Positions 23,401 through 35,132 are shown, counted from the stretch's first letter. The stretch is 64,000 bases of DNA from Nemertoderma westbladi (GCA_032718475.1 JAUCBJ010007816.1:14143-78142), one strand, 5' to 3'. Notes: generated by a model not told the origin, from the letters alone. Made by a program: numbers and translations.

Positions 23401-25011
23401 TGGCGCAAATTAGAGAATAAGTTGGAGGGCCAAGGTAAAGTATTGACACTTCAACACATTCATGACATGATAACCACAGATGCGGTAGCAGAGATGAAAT
23501 CAAACTTCTCAGAGGAGAATATGAGGGAGTCTAAACCTGTTACCGGTAAGTCTATGGTAAGTTTTGACGACGACAGGACCACTGTGACATTTAACTCAGT
23601 AGACAGATATAATTCGAGTACCCCAGCCTTTAGATCAGACTCGCGAGTATGGTCAGGTGAGCGGTTAGATAGACCTAGGTTAAAGCAACAGGAGTTGCCG
23701 GATGGATTTGTAGGTTGCCAATACTGTTTACTAAAGGAGGTAAGATCTGACGACCATAAGTTAGATAGTTGCAGACGGTTCAAAGAATTAAATTCGGAAC
23801 AGAGAAGAGTTCAAGTGCGGACGTTGGACACCTGTTGGGCATGTCTTGCGCCAGGCCATGTACGGCGGCAGTGCCCGAACAGCAAGGACGGATGCATAGA
23901 ATGCGGCAGACTACACCACAAGTTGCTACATGCGGATTTCCATACCCCAACGGACCGTTACTTACAGCGAAATCCTCACAGGAAGGGGAGCAAAGAACCC
24001 ATATCGATAAGGAGGAATACGTACACTGGCATCCAGGACGATGGTTATCAACCAGGTTCGTCGGACGAGGATGGCGAGTCGAGCGCGAGAGAAGTGACCT
24101 GCCAAGGTTTCACTGCGGATAGTTCATCGACCAGCGCGCGGACGTATTTATCATCGGCCACGTCGGAAATATTTGGCGTGATTCCGGTGAAACTCACTGG
24201 AGATAAGGGATCTAAGCGAATATATGTGATGTTGGACACTGCGTCCACATTATCGTATATCGACAAGGAAGTGGCGAGAGCTGTTTCTAGCTTCCAGAAC
24301 GCTGAGGAGATCCAAATAGAGTTGAAGTCTATGCACGGGGTAGGAGACCTCAAGGGACACAGAATTTCGGTAGAACTAGATTCCCTACTTCCGAGAGACC
24401 AACACACTCGACAAGAACGGAAAGCTTTGCCATTGGACGGATTTAAGTGTCTAGCTATGAAGGGATTCGGCAGGCAGTTAGGTAAGGTGCCGCCGATGAG
24501 TCCCATAGCACAAGAGTATTTTGACAAGCTCAGGATACCCAGACATCAGGTAGGTTATAGGAATGTTTCTATGTTAATTGGTGCAGAACAGCTGATCGCA
24601 CACCAGATATGGGAAACGAGACCAGCTGAGCCGCATGTCAATGGACCACATGCCCATAGGACCATATTAGGTTGGTATACACGAGTACCCATGTCTTATG
24701 AGTTTACAGGTGGCGACAAGCCAATGAATAGATACGACGAATTACAGCCTATAACTCAACCACCGTTAGTAGAACCACCAGACATAGACGAGTTTAGGAG
24801 AACCTGTATTGACCACTATAGTGACTTTAGTGAGTCGGACGAGGAGTTGATTCCCGATAATGTTAGGTTGTCGGAACCACTTCATAACGACCGGACAGAT
24901 AGTGAACCCGAGGACTACTGTTATCAGACCCGTGGGTCTGGTTCAGCGGCCCACGCTACTTATCTGACTAACGTTTTGACTTATATCAAGTGGCTAAATA
25001 TCGAGACCTAG
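20449..25011 (+). CDS. gag: Gag-protease polyprotein of B (1520 aa)
   Basis: Coiled-coil RELQLER repeats; PQKFMGN..WRTF; triple Cys/His array CQYC/CWAC/CIEC..HHKLLH; protease MLDTAS. Confidence 0.93.
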   Translation: MSVSDKEALEDSYETAAGPPTDDSVNITVDDNADYDDAASDADVSEQEDETVTSEEEQQPQVIVLGSPTATDRKDCTAARTEVSDRESSVAEARARSPVSRPVGMVSAVVPTAVRSTRSSRNNPSSPPSVSQVSDRELDIAIKKKLRAHAGHITRTADKVRKMLADSANIGRVELVEIRRGYNSALFKQTEELAVLAKKAVESQSSDVATRIYDRVLAALLEHRELSERFRRVRMENWLLWASQAQATQVSDAELRDLVEREEIQDKEERLYQMEVTSWLMQNGVVVPGQVLPTTENIQQRTLTPPDDASRDSGDSQVSHARGKVICARSLVSHNSAEERRRRLDEQQAEVLRASEARKEAERERERARKLDAKLRELEDKGKREQAERERKERELQLKRKQKERELQLEREREAKKRELQLERDQEAKKRELQLEREQKERELELERERKERELEIEKERQMLYEEKARLEEESVARRAREEEERKLAQLESARLSLESEERTRKANEIAEKGMRMIEECGASVGTELRELFALQKAEQEARTPAIRESTTTRIPIPGPAITSTRIVKPFSTYRTPVGISASPIAQDLRHRNAAPLYTERDNGEFREETPTGRVFGEPNPRVWNTRTERRPSSTENFRVKPEEGSYERQRITQIEPTIQQNPSQEFITRDELSASLAQAISPHIQPITDMLSNLRLKEAAQVRSNSNPSRPELDKVQPSQRVRISEETIPHRPQVRTPVPNIHNPNFENSAEKFIEDAWIMASARKPSRALRTDTESSDEEEEMRRQKSRNYKERRTDAEQVSWNHRERTRLNNPAELNHLLTRNNATLRDIGKFAARQGLPTQQPQKFMGNHKHWRTFKTYVDEQLTNSTFTPNEKFNYLLQMLHREPRAIADNFVGNERAFELAMKTLSDIYGNKTKMAQSIVEDLGKGGRITTPLELLNLANAISNALDILRTVNLPHHGDHAEVLKSVIRRLNMRYRQKWRKLENKLEGQGKVLTLQHIHDMITTDAVAEMKSNFSEENMRESKPVTGKSMVSFDDDRTTVTFNSVDRYNSSTPAFRSDSRVWSGERLDRPRLKQQELPDGFVGCQYCLLKEVRSDDHKLDSCRRFKELNSEQRRVQVRTLDTCWACLAPGHVRRQCPNSKDGCIECGRLHHKLLHADFHTPTDRYLQRNPHRKGSKEPISIRRNTYTGIQDDGYQPGSSDEDGESSAREVTCQGFTADSSSTSARTYLSSATSEIFGVIPVKLTGDKGSKRIYVMLDTASTLSYIDKEVARAVSSFQNAEEIQIELKSMHGVGDLKGHRISVELDSLLPRDQHTRQERKALPLDGFKCLAMKGFGRQLGKVPPMSPIAQEYFDKLRIPRHQVGYRNVSMLIGAEQLIAHQIWETRPAEPHVNGPHAHRTILGWYTRVPMSYEFTGGDKPMNRYDELQPITQPPLVEPPDIDEFRRTCIDHYSDFSESDEELIPDNVRLSEPLHNDRTDSEPEDYCYQTRGSGSAAHATYLTNVLTYIKWLNIET

Positions 25012-28000
25012 ACATTTTCCAATACAGTGAGGAGGAATTGCAGAAGGAATTGATACGCCAGGACCTCGAGACAGGAGCCAGAACCGTCGAATGGCTGGAT
25101 AGGGACGCAATGGAACCCGGTGGATATGACCTAGCCATGTCTACTGATGAAAAACGGTCGTTGGAGATGATGGAAGACACCATACGTCTGCTACCGACTG
25201 GACATTTTGAAGTTGGAATGTTGTGGCGTCGACAACCTCCTAAGTTGGAGAACAACTACAACTTAGCCTTGAAAAGATTAAACGGAGTAAGGGCTCGGTT
25301 GTTGAAGAATCCGGACATTAGGGAGAAGTATTGCGCCCAGATCAACAACTATTTCGCCAAGGGATTTGCTGGGAAGGTAGAGGACCCTGACTTAGTAACA
25401 GACCAGACTTATTACCTTCCACACCACTATGTGACTCACCCTGACAAGCCAGACAAAGTCCGAGTAGTCAACGACTGCGCAGCAGTCTATAGAGGTATTT
25501 CCCTGAATTCAGAGTTGATGGATGGTCCCAACCTGAATAACTATTTGATTGGAATACTGTTGCGTTTTAGACAGCGGCGATTCGCATTTACTTGTGACAT
25601 CGAGGCGATGTTCCACCAGGTAAGAGCCTGTAAGGCAGACCAAGATAGCCTTCGCTTTCTCTGGTACGAGAATGAAGACTTATCCGGCCCAGTGGTTACA
25701 TACCAAATGTACGTTAGGATATTTGGCGCCCGCGATAGTCCAAATGGCACGCTGTTTGTTCTAAAGAAAACGGCAACAGCCCAGATTGGTAAGTATCCAG
25801 TAGAAGTAATCGAGTCCATCTTGAGAAACTTCTATATGGACGACGGATTGGTGTCCAAGGACACGGCGGAACAAGCCATAGAAGTGGCTCACGACCTGCA
25901 AGAGTGCTTGGCTACAGGGGGTTTTCCTCTGACCAAGTTCACTACGAACTCGGAGGCCCTATTAGAGTCGTTCCCGGTGAAAGATCGCGGGAGCGGAGAC
26001 ATTGAATTGGGGTTAGAACCAATTCCCATGGCGCGAGTACTGGGACTCGCTTGGAACCCGAACTCAGATAAGTTCCAGGTAAGAGTTAGATTTGAGCCCA
26101 GTAGCCCAGACAAAGTTTTGACTAAGAGGATTTGCTTATCGACATTGAGTAGACTATTTGACCCGATGAACTTTATCAGTCCGGTTATATTACAGGCACG
26201 AGCGTGCATGAGGAAAATTTGGTTGTCCGACGTAGAGTGGGACGAACCAATATCTCCTATACATGCAAAGCAGTGGAGAGAGTGGGAAGCCGAGTTGCAT
26301 CTATTGAAAAATATAGATGTACCCCGTTCCTACTTTCCGAATCAGTTGGTATTTCCAACTGATTTAGAGCTGCATCTGTTCAGTGACGCAAGTGACACCG
26401 GCTTTGGTATGGTAGCCTACCTTCGCCGAGAGGTAAGTCAGGACAAATTTGAGACGGCCTTTGTGACTTCTAGATCAAAGACAATGCCGGTCAAATACAT
26501 GACTGTCCCTCGTGCAGAGTTACAGGCGGCTGTAGTTTCAGTCGAGGTAAGTAAGCAAATAACTGAGGAATTAGACACGACATTGACCTTATTTTATTGG
26601 ACGGACGCATCCTTGGTGTTAGTATACATTGCGGCCGACAATATTGCACTAAAGACATTTGTGGCCAATAGACGCGCTCAGATCGTTGATTTTTCGACGA
26701 AGGAACAATGGAGACATTGTCCGGGAGTGTTGAACCCGGCCGACATAACTTCGAGAGGTGCAATGCCGGCGGAATTCTGTCAGGAAGAGTCGCAGGAGTT
26801 TTGGTTGCATGGACCTGATTTTCTAACGAGGACACAGGAACATTGGCCAGAGCGACTAAAGATAGTGACCAATCCGATGCCTGAAGATGCAGAAGTCAAA
26901 GTGGAGAAAGTCTCTAAGTCGAAGTCTAAAGCCAAACTTAAGTCATTGGAGCGGCTTGAAGAGTCATTGGAGCGGCCTGAAGAGTCATTGGAGCGGCTTG
27001 AAGAGTCATTGGAGCGGCCCGGAGACCTGTCAGACCAACAGACTTACGTGACTACTAGGTCAGGAAGGGTAAGTTACGACATAAAACCACCCTTACAGAC
27101 TAGACGACAGTCACAATTGGTAAGTGACGGACAGAAAATGACCGACACAATGGATCCTTTGGTTTCCAAACCTGCGGGTTTGGATTCGAAACTTCCATCA
27201 ATTAGCGGACAACCGTCGCTGGCATTAGAGTCATGCAGTATTTATGACAAATTACTAAATTCGTCTGCCTCTTGGCTGACAATTTGTAAAAGAACTGCGT
27301 GGTTAAGCTGATACGTTTCGTACCTTTGTTTAAAACATTCGAAACATTTGAGAGAACCATTGAGCACCAATAGTGAGCGAATTCGGAAATTGAAACAACC
27401 TCTGACAGAGGATGAGATTGATCAAGCGGAATTAAGGCATTTGAAACATTATCAAATGTGTGCCTTCCCTAAAGAATTCCATCTATTATCGGCTCAACGA
27501 CCAGTTCTCTATAAACCCCTGAGAAAATGGAGTCCATTAATCCATAAGGGTTTGATTTGTCATAGATCGAGGATCCAGACTGTCGACATAAACTCACAGT
27601 TTCGATTCCCAGTGATAATCCCTAGTTACCCGATAGAATTGCAAAGAGCGATTCTATGGGATATACACAAGAGGTTGCATCACGCGGGAAAGTTACACTG
27701 TTTGTCGGCAGCGAGACAGCGATTCATCCTATTGCAGCCAAGCAGGGCAGTAGGCACTATGTACGACGCCTGTCTGGTTTGCAAGAGAGTGAACGCCAGA
27801 GTATTGGAACAGGAGATGGCTGAACTCCCGGAAGCGAGAGTGCAGGCATATGACCCACCCTTTACGAACACAGGGGTGGATTGTTTTGGTCCGATTGAAG
27901 CAAAGAATGGACGGCTGACCCACAAGCGATGGGGTCTGCTACTGACATGTATGGCTAGTAGAGCCATACACATTGAGCGTGTGGCAGACATGTCGACCAA

Positions 28001-28499
28001 ATCTCTGCTCCTGGCCTTGAAGAGATTTATGGCCAGGAGAGGACTAGTAAAGGCGTTCTACTCCGATAAGGGTACAAACTTTGTCGGAGGGAATAGCGAG
28101 TTGAACGCGGCTCATAAAGCGGCACAGAATAAGGAAATTTCTGCAGCACTTTTGCCGCAACGAGTAGAATGGAGATTCAATACTCCTGAAAGTCCTTGGA
28201 GAGGAGGAAGTTGGGAGCGTTTAGTTCGCTCTGTAAAACAGGCCATTGCCAAAACATTGCCTGTGAACAAACAACTTACCGACGACGAACTGGTCACAGC
28301 TTTCATTGAAATCGAGCATACCCTAAACTCGAGGCCGATAGCTATGTTGCCAGACGGTGTTGCATTAACGCCGAATCATTTGCTAATGCAGAGTCCAGCA
28401 TTTCTTGTGCCGGCATCAGAACCCATTAGTGCCGACCTATATAGTCGTAAAACCTATATAGACGGACGCCGTCAACGGAGTCGACTGGAGGTAGATTAG
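24990..28499 (+). pseudogene. pol: pol of B (RT, RNase H, integrase); in-frame stop at 27309-27311, C-terminus deleted
   Basis: YYLPHH, FYMDD, HLFSDAS, NPADITSRG, GVDCFGP, SDKGTNF, GGSWERLVRS, LNSRPI. Confidence 0.95.
26941..27019 (+). repeat. Four 21-bp tandem repeats containing TTGGAGCGG
   Basis: (GAGTCATTGGAGCGGCYTGAA)x~4, encoding SLERLEE/SLERPEE. Confidence 0.9.
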
Positions 28500-29102
28500 T
28501 GTATCTGGGAAGGGGACAAAAGAGAGGAGCGAGCCCAAAGAACCCAGGAGCGGGTCAATAATACATTATGGCACAGGGCGACAGACTCTAGATATATACA
28601 TCATCGTCGCTCTGATGTATATTGTAGCATTTGAAAATTTTCGACTAGACTCGTATATACTAGTTGAGTTATTTGAATTTATATTATGAAAGAGGCGAAG
28701 GAAGTGATTGGGGAGACAAACCTGCGGGTTTGGCTTACTCCTTTCACTTGCCCTAGCAAAATTTTTATATTTGATTTTGTATGTAGTAATCATTATGTAG
28801 TAAGAATGAACGAGAAACAATATTTTGTAAATTTAATTTGTATGTAATAATCGTTAAACAATGAGAGAAACAATATTTTGTAAATTTAATTTGTATGTAA
28901 TAATCGTTAAACAATGAGAGAGATAATATTTTGTAAATTTAATTTGTATGTAATTCATTATGCAATATCTATGGCAATATTTGTAAATAGTAGAATTATT
29001 ATGTTATTTAGATTGGTTGGAAGAAATTTATTTGTTTTGTATACATCACCTTATACTCTTCTACAATTGGAGGGAAACATTATATGATTTCCCTTGGAGC
29101 GG

Positions 29103-31279
29103 TTTTACGGTATATGGCGCTGTATCCACATTATTAGTCGTTATACTGTATGCAGTATTAGTCCGTTATGCAGTATGCAATATTAGTCCGTTATACTGTA
29201 CGTAATATTAGTCCGTTGTGCAGCATGATATTTTAGATAAGGCATAATAACGCAGTGGTATTTAGGTAGGGAAATCAAAACGCCCATATATTTGAAACCA
29301 TCCATTTTGTATAGTATGTAGCCCTACCTACGTAATTTTGTATTAGGATATATGTAGATAGTTCCAGGGTAGCGAGTTTATTCGGACCCTGGATTTTGTG
29401 CTTGCTGATATTAGTTTGATAGGGCTAGCATAGGGACGCCGTCCTGGCCATTCAGTAGCCAGAGACGTGAACCATTACCATATATGGTAATAATTTGAGC
29501 AATAGGGCTACAATCCGGCCTCCTTATTGGATTAACTGCTTCCAGGTTGGTCTAATGCTAGCATGGACTGGAGAGCCAATAGGAGAGCGATTGAGTCACC
29601 TTATTGCATCATCCCATCCGGATCACCTATAAATTGGCGGTGTGCCGGTAAAGCCTCACATGACACATCGATTCTGTTCAACCTGTTTTACTGTTTTTCA
29701 ATCTGTCACTGCTGTTGAGCTGTCTCTAATTTTGTATTAGGATATCGTATTTTCTGCAATTTGCTAATTTGATTAATTTCTTGAAATGATTTGCTAGTGC
29801 GATTACTTGCTTGTGTTTCTCAATAATTCCTTCGATTACTGCTAATTACAATTGAACTATGATTTCTACTCTTTGATTAATGGTTCTATGTGATTCCTTT
29901 CTGCGCAATAATCCTAAGGGATTTCTGAGACTTTCAGACTTTGTGATTTGCATGCGCCGCTACGGTAGCTATTAGCATCATGGAGGGCTAAGGTGCCAGT
30001 GGGCGGTGGGCGCATCGGGGGGTTGAGCGACTAGGAGAGAGCGGAGGATTCAAAGCGGGCAACGCTGGCCAGGGTCACCGTTGCGGGCGGGTATCTTGCA
30101 CTGCGGCACGCAGACCAATCGCTGGTACAGTATCTAGGGGGCTGATGATCCAGGTTTTGTCTCTATTTAGTATTAGGGGGGCAGGAATTGGGTTAGTTAG
30201 GAATCCTAGATGTACCCGGGAGAGGCCTGCGCGTATTACAACGTTGAGTGTGGAGTACGAGTAGTGAATTGCACAATTGTAAACTGTGATTTCTAACGCT
30301 GATTGGTGTGTTATTGAAGTGTGCCTAAGATTACGAATGCTTAGATAGGCGCTCTTTTCCCTTTGATTGATTTCTATTTCTTAGCTACAATAATTAGTTA
30401 TTGATTAGGTCAAAGTAATACGGCAATTTAGGCTATTACTAGCGAAACCTGTTGCGTGATAAATTAGAATTACGTATTCTGGAACTCTTAGTAATTAGTA
30501 CGCTGTTAAATATTTGTGACTGTAATTAATTAGTAAAAATTAAGAATTAGTACGCAGCATAGCGGAGAGTAGCTAAGGTAATAATTAGTGTACTGTAAAC
30601 TATTCACGCTGAGCGGTTATTTGCATTAGCGGGCAATCAGCTAGAACGCACTATTCGGTACGCACGATACGCTAGTAGTTTTGCTGGCCTAAAGCCAGCC
30701 GCGGGCAGTTTTAGACTCGGGGTGGTATTATCCACGTAGAAACAGTTACTGTACCATTTTTGATATTTTAAATATTCTCGCATTCACACATTACGTTAGG
30801 GAACCTCCAGTATTCGCGATTAGAAAGACGTAGGTAATAGCGTGCTTTAATAGTGATAGAATTAGGCGTAGGAATACTCTGAGTGCAAGGCCTCTCGCAC
30901 TCGTCTTAAGTAAGCTTAGGGAGCCGACTCGGGTTTATTGTTTTGGTTATTCCTGCGTGGCTCATAGATTCGAACAGTTAGCTCTCTATCGAGCGATCGG
31001 TAGAGAAAGGAACAAGCGATTTTGCAGGAGTTGTGTAAATTTAGTAAAATATATTAGTGGACGGCAGATTAGCGCCATCCAACGGTAAGTAGCGGTTTTG
31101 TATTTAGCAACCCTTACAATTTAGTAATAGCACGCTCCTGATCCCCTTTACTTAACAGTAGAGCAGTTTTTGTGTCTTATTGGATAGGCGAGAGCTTATT
31201 AGGTTGGCAGAAGGATATTAACGGGTATTGGTCTGTTCAACAGTTCTGCTGTTAGTATAGAGGTCGCGGTTGTTTATCA
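29103..31279 (+). repeat. 3' LTR of B
   Basis: Starts TT (TG in the other copies); preceded by TTGGAGCGG. Confidence 0.96.
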
Positions 31280-32542
31280 ATATATATAATTACTAGGTCC
31301 GGTGTGCATTTTACAAATATTCTAATTTTATAGCTTGTAGGTCCAATACTCACGAATGATAAGGCTCCTTCCCCTTTTGTGTATTTCCAGGACTCAAATT
31401 CAGGCATAAGGTTAATACTACGCCCGGAATTCGGCAATTTAATTTACCAGGTCCCTAATACTAAGAAGAAATGTGTTAGTTTACTACAGTAGGCGTACAG
31501 TTACAAAATAGCTAGCCTGGCGTTCTATCTAGAATTTTGGTTGCCTAGCTGGGCACGGCAACTCCCTATCAGAATGTCGGCGGGGACACGGTAGATGTTA
31601 GTATCCCTAATAGCCTCAATTTATATGCGCCTAGCAGTAAACTGCCCTACCGCCTGAACGGTACAATCCCAATTCAGGTAAAAACACAGTAACCCTTCCT
31701 GGCCTACAAGTTCTAATGCAAATGAACACCGTTGTACTACAAACAGCCACCGACGCACCTATACCTGGCAAATGAGTTAGGCGTACAGCTTGCTGCACCC
31801 TACTAATGTGTATGCCTTGTACTGGTGTGCCTGTGTCCTATCTGTGTACTAGTATCTCTCTGCCTGATCTCTTCCTCCCCCATAGGAATATGAAGGTCTA
31901 CTGCGGGTTTTTCTGAATTAAGACAGTACAGTCCCTAAATGTAATTTTAGCGCACAGCATGTCAGTACCTCTACCTTCGATCTTAGGTCTTACGCTTAGG
32001 TAGCAAGGCATCGAACGCTGTCTAACCTTTCAGGCGATGGGCAAATAACTAAGAATGGGTATTGCGGGTTGTCTCCTTTCTACATTCCTCCGATATTCCC
32101 GTCTATTGCCGCGGTCCGATGTCTAGCCTGCCATCTGTCTCACAGTTGTGTTCACCATGGTGAAACTTAGTAAAAGCAGATGTAACAAATACTTTCTAAC
32201 TTTATTACAAACAAATGATAACTAATATACAATAAATGTAACAAGAAGATTAAGTAAGATAGAATAAGAAGAAGATAACTAATGAACAAAATCGCACCTT
32301 TTATAGCAAATTTGTGCTGCTAACAATCTAGATAAATCTCGATTGTTCTATGAGCTCTACTAGGTTTTTAAAGATAATCATTGGTCCAGCAAACACGTAT
32401 CTTGCACGACATTGATTGCTATCTAATAACTGCAATCGCATTGGTTAATCTACCTTAAGCAGATACAATTAATTCGTAGCGGTTAATTCAAATGAGTTGA
32501 AACTTAGCACAAAAAATAATTCACACTTGCTAGGATTCGAAC

Positions 32543-34696
32543 AATAAATTTATTATAATAATCTTAAATCAAAAATTAAAAAGATGTGCACCAAAAATAA
32601 CAAAATTAATTCCGCCACCACACAAATATCATCGGGCCTACCACCAAAGCACCGGAAAGATAAGTTGAAGCTCAGAGGCAAGGGATCAGTACCGATCAGG
32701 AAGGTCAGACCCCCGCAGACCGGCACCGTCCCCAAATCCGAGCGCCCTCCATGGCCGCCTACCACCACGCAGGCACAGGGAGCTCGAGCGCAGAAGCGCG
32801 AACTGTAAGCGCCTCCGCACTCCCCCTAACACACAAGCGAGGCCTCGCTCACGCATCCCCCGCTGCCGGGCCACGAGGGTCTCAGCGAGGTGGCGGATCA
32901 GAATATCGGCCTCCTTGCACCACACCCCGTCGGTGGTTCCGACTAGGGGGGTGAAGGAGATCCGACGATCTTCGCACACCCCGCTGTAGTGGACCATCTT
33001 GGAACGAACTCGCTGCTCGAGTACGGAGTCCAGGGACCGATTAAGGTATGAGGGGGCGTCGGCGTTAACAATCGCAATGTCGAAAGACGCCACCCTCTGT
33101 TCGGCCCAGACTCCCCTCGCCAGGAGATCCGCCCTAACTCCACCCACCTCGCGGCCCTGTCTGTCCAGGTAGCCGGACGCCAACGTAACCTCCCGCTGGA
33201 CGCATGAGCCCCCGAACGCGGACGCAATGAGGTCCCCGAACACCTCCCTCACCTCGTTGTGCCGCTTTATGATCAAGCCCCCCGACTTGCAATTAAGGGC
33301 GTGGGACGTCGAGAACGACTCCCCACACCCCTCGCACTTTGCCGGGAGGCCCGGCGGCGTCCGTCCATACCTCAAGGCGAGGTCGTCCCGGAACACCTCT
33401 GGGTCAAGGTCAGTGTGGTCGACCACAGAGGGCTGCGCCGTCAGCCATCCCCCAGTCTTATGGGACATCGTACGTTCGACGGTGCGTCGTCGTGTCGAGG
33501 GAATGGCTTGGAGTGCGTTCATCTGTATCACCTTGTAGACCGCATCCTGAGTGATCCGGCTCTCGGCGAGGGCGGAGGCGAGACAGGCTGCGTGGTCCGC
33601 GACATGGAGGGGGCGACCCGTAGTCATGGCGTCAACCACCCTGACCGTTCCAGCGAGAGACGCCTCACGGGCGGGGCCACGGCGCACCGTCGGATCACGG
33701 ATCCCAATGCCGCCATGTCGAACTGGGAGGAGGAGCAACTCCTCGTCGACAGACCCAGGCAAACCAAACAGAGCCGGGATAAACTGGCGCAACAGTGCCG
33801 AACGGATGGGCGCCACATCCTCCACCTCTGTGTCCACCACCCGCAACAGGTAATCCCACTCTGCCTGAACACAGCGGGTCAACCCAGTGTGGGCAGTCTG
33901 GGGGAACTCCTCGGCCACCTCAGCGAGACGACCAATACTCCAGACCCACCCAGAGACCTTCTCGGCGATAAACTCGCGCAAACCCAGTGAGTCGCCCACA
34001 TAACCCCCCAGGAATCGGTGCCCGGGAACAATCTGGACCCCCGAGCCCCCAAACATCTGCCGTGCTCGCTCCGCAACCTCGGGTTTGACCACCAAGTAGG
34101 ACTTGGTGGGCTCCGGGTTATAACCTATTCGGGGTCCGACACGAAGCAGCTCCTCCCACCAAGCCATCACCCCCTCGAGTGAACCTGCCGAGGAGGCATC
34201 ATCGGCATACCAACACTGCTTCTGTGAGAGAGTTGGGCTGCCAGGTTCAATCAACGGCGGGTCCATGGGTTGAGTCAATGGTGGATCAGTGGATGGAGTC
34301 GACGGCAAGGTGCCGGGTGGAGGCAAAGGCGGGTCTGCGGTTGCAGTCGATGGTGAGTCAGATGGTAGAGTCAACGGCGAGTCGGCGGGTCGAGTCGACA
34401 ACGGATCGGCTGGTAGAGTCGACGGCGGGTCAGTGGGTTGAGTCGATGGCGCGTCAGCTGGTTGAGTCGGCATTGGGTCAGACTCGGCGGGTTGAGTCGA
34501 TGGAGGGACAGCGGGTGGAGTCAACAGTGAGACGGACTCGGCGGGATGTGTTGACGGTGGGTCAGCGGGTGGAGTCGACAGTGGATCGGACTTGGCGGGT
34601 TGAGTCGATGGTGGGTCAGCGGGTGGAGTCGACAGTGAGTCGGTCTCGGTGGGTTGAGTCGACGGTGAGTCTGCGGGTGGAGCTGACGGTGGGTCA
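32543..34696 (-). mobile_element. CRE-like non-LTR retrotransposon (RLE endonuclease type), 5'-incomplete
   Basis: 14-bp TSD GCTAGGATTCGAAC (32529-32542, 34697-34710). ORF with WYADD, RFLGGYVG, CEGC..H...C, RHNEVR, RADL..FDI. Confidence 0.88.
32686..34524 (-). CDS. P/S/T tandem repeat fused to RT C-terminal half, zinc knuckle and restriction-like endonuclease
   Basis: 612-aa ORF; RT motifs upstream of YADD are absent. Confidence 0.8.
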   Translation of the reverse strand: MTPPAVPPSTQPAESDPMPTQPADAPSTQPTDPPSTLPADPLSTRPADSPLTLPSDSPSTATADPPLPPPGTLPSTPSTDPPLTQPMDPPLIEPGSPTLSQKQCWYADDASSAGSLEGVMAWWEELLRVGPRIGYNPEPTKSYLVVKPEVAERARQMFGGSGVQIVPGHRFLGGYVGDSLGLREFIAEKVSGWVWSIGRLAEVAEEFPQTAHTGLTRCVQAEWDYLLRVVDTEVEDVAPIRSALLRQFIPALFGLPGSVDEELLLLPVRHGGIGIRDPTVRRGPAREASLAGTVRVVDAMTTGRPLHVADHAACLASALAESRITQDAVYKVIQMNALQAIPSTRRRTVERTMSHKTGGWLTAQPSVVDHTDLDPEVFRDDLALRYGRTPPGLPAKCEGCGESFSTSHALNCKSGGLIIKRHNEVREVFGDLIASAFGGSCVQREVTLASGYLDRQGREVGGVRADLLARGVWAEQRVASFDIAIVNADAPSYLNRSLDSVLEQRVRSKMVHYSGVCEDRRISFTPLVGTTDGVWCKEADILIRHLAETLVARQRGMRERGLACVLGGVRRRLQFALLRSSSLCLRGGRRPWRALGFGDGAGLRGSDLPDRY

Positions 34697-34896
34697 GCTA
34701 GGATTCGAACTCGATACTTACTACACGAATTTCTAACGCTTAACCAACTGAGCTACTGAACTACTTGAATAATCGTTGTACAAATAGATATAGTAAATAC
34801 AAATGAGGACTTAATGTAATCTTTATAGCAAATTAATTCGAACAAAATAAAATTTTGAAAATCCACGGCTTTATGAGGATATAATTCTATAGTAAT

Positions 34897-35128
34897 TTTC
34901 AAAAAACGTCTCAAAAAAAGTGCCAAAAGTAGGGTTAAAAAATGGTGCTATAACTTGAAAAGTACCCAATATTTTTGAAAACGGTTTTCACTACTATGAA
35001 GACAATAGATTTTAAGGAAAAGTCATAAAATTTAAGATTCCCAACTTCGTTTGTTTCAGAATTATAATAAAAATACCATGGGGAGGGGGGTCATATTAAC
35101 CCCCCCCCCCCCCTCGGGTTTAATAGGG
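34897..35128. mobile_element. Right end of a piggyBac-like non-autonomous element
   Basis: Ends ...AATAGGG followed by TTAA (35129-35132). Confidence 0.55.
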
Positions 35129-35132
35129 TTAA

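Larger units (their letters stand above)
16993..31279 (+). mobile_element. BEL/Pao LTR retrotransposon B inserted in the 5' LTR of A; recent, with a 3' internal deletion
   Basis: LTRs 16993-19168 and 29103-31279 differ at only about 7 positions. TSD ATATA at 16988-16992 and 31280-31284. Confidence 0.96.
1295..34891 (-). mobile_element. BEL/Pao LTR retrotransposon A (full length, disrupted, with nested insertions)
   Basis: LTRs at 1295-3112 and 16572-34891 (the latter interrupted twice). 5-bp TSD GTAAT at 1290-1294 and 34892-34896. Domain order gag-PR-RT-RH-IN. Confidence 0.95.
31285..34891 (-). repeat. 5' LTR of A, segments 2 and 3 (split by the LINE at 32543-34696)
   Basis: Matches 1716-3112, with an extra ~40 bp near 32050-32090. 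Confidence 0.93.

Noticed and set aside
24960-25011. Programmed -1 frameshift between gag-PR and RT in B
   Set aside because: No clear slippery heptamer; the homologous region of A is one frame, so it is probably a mutation.
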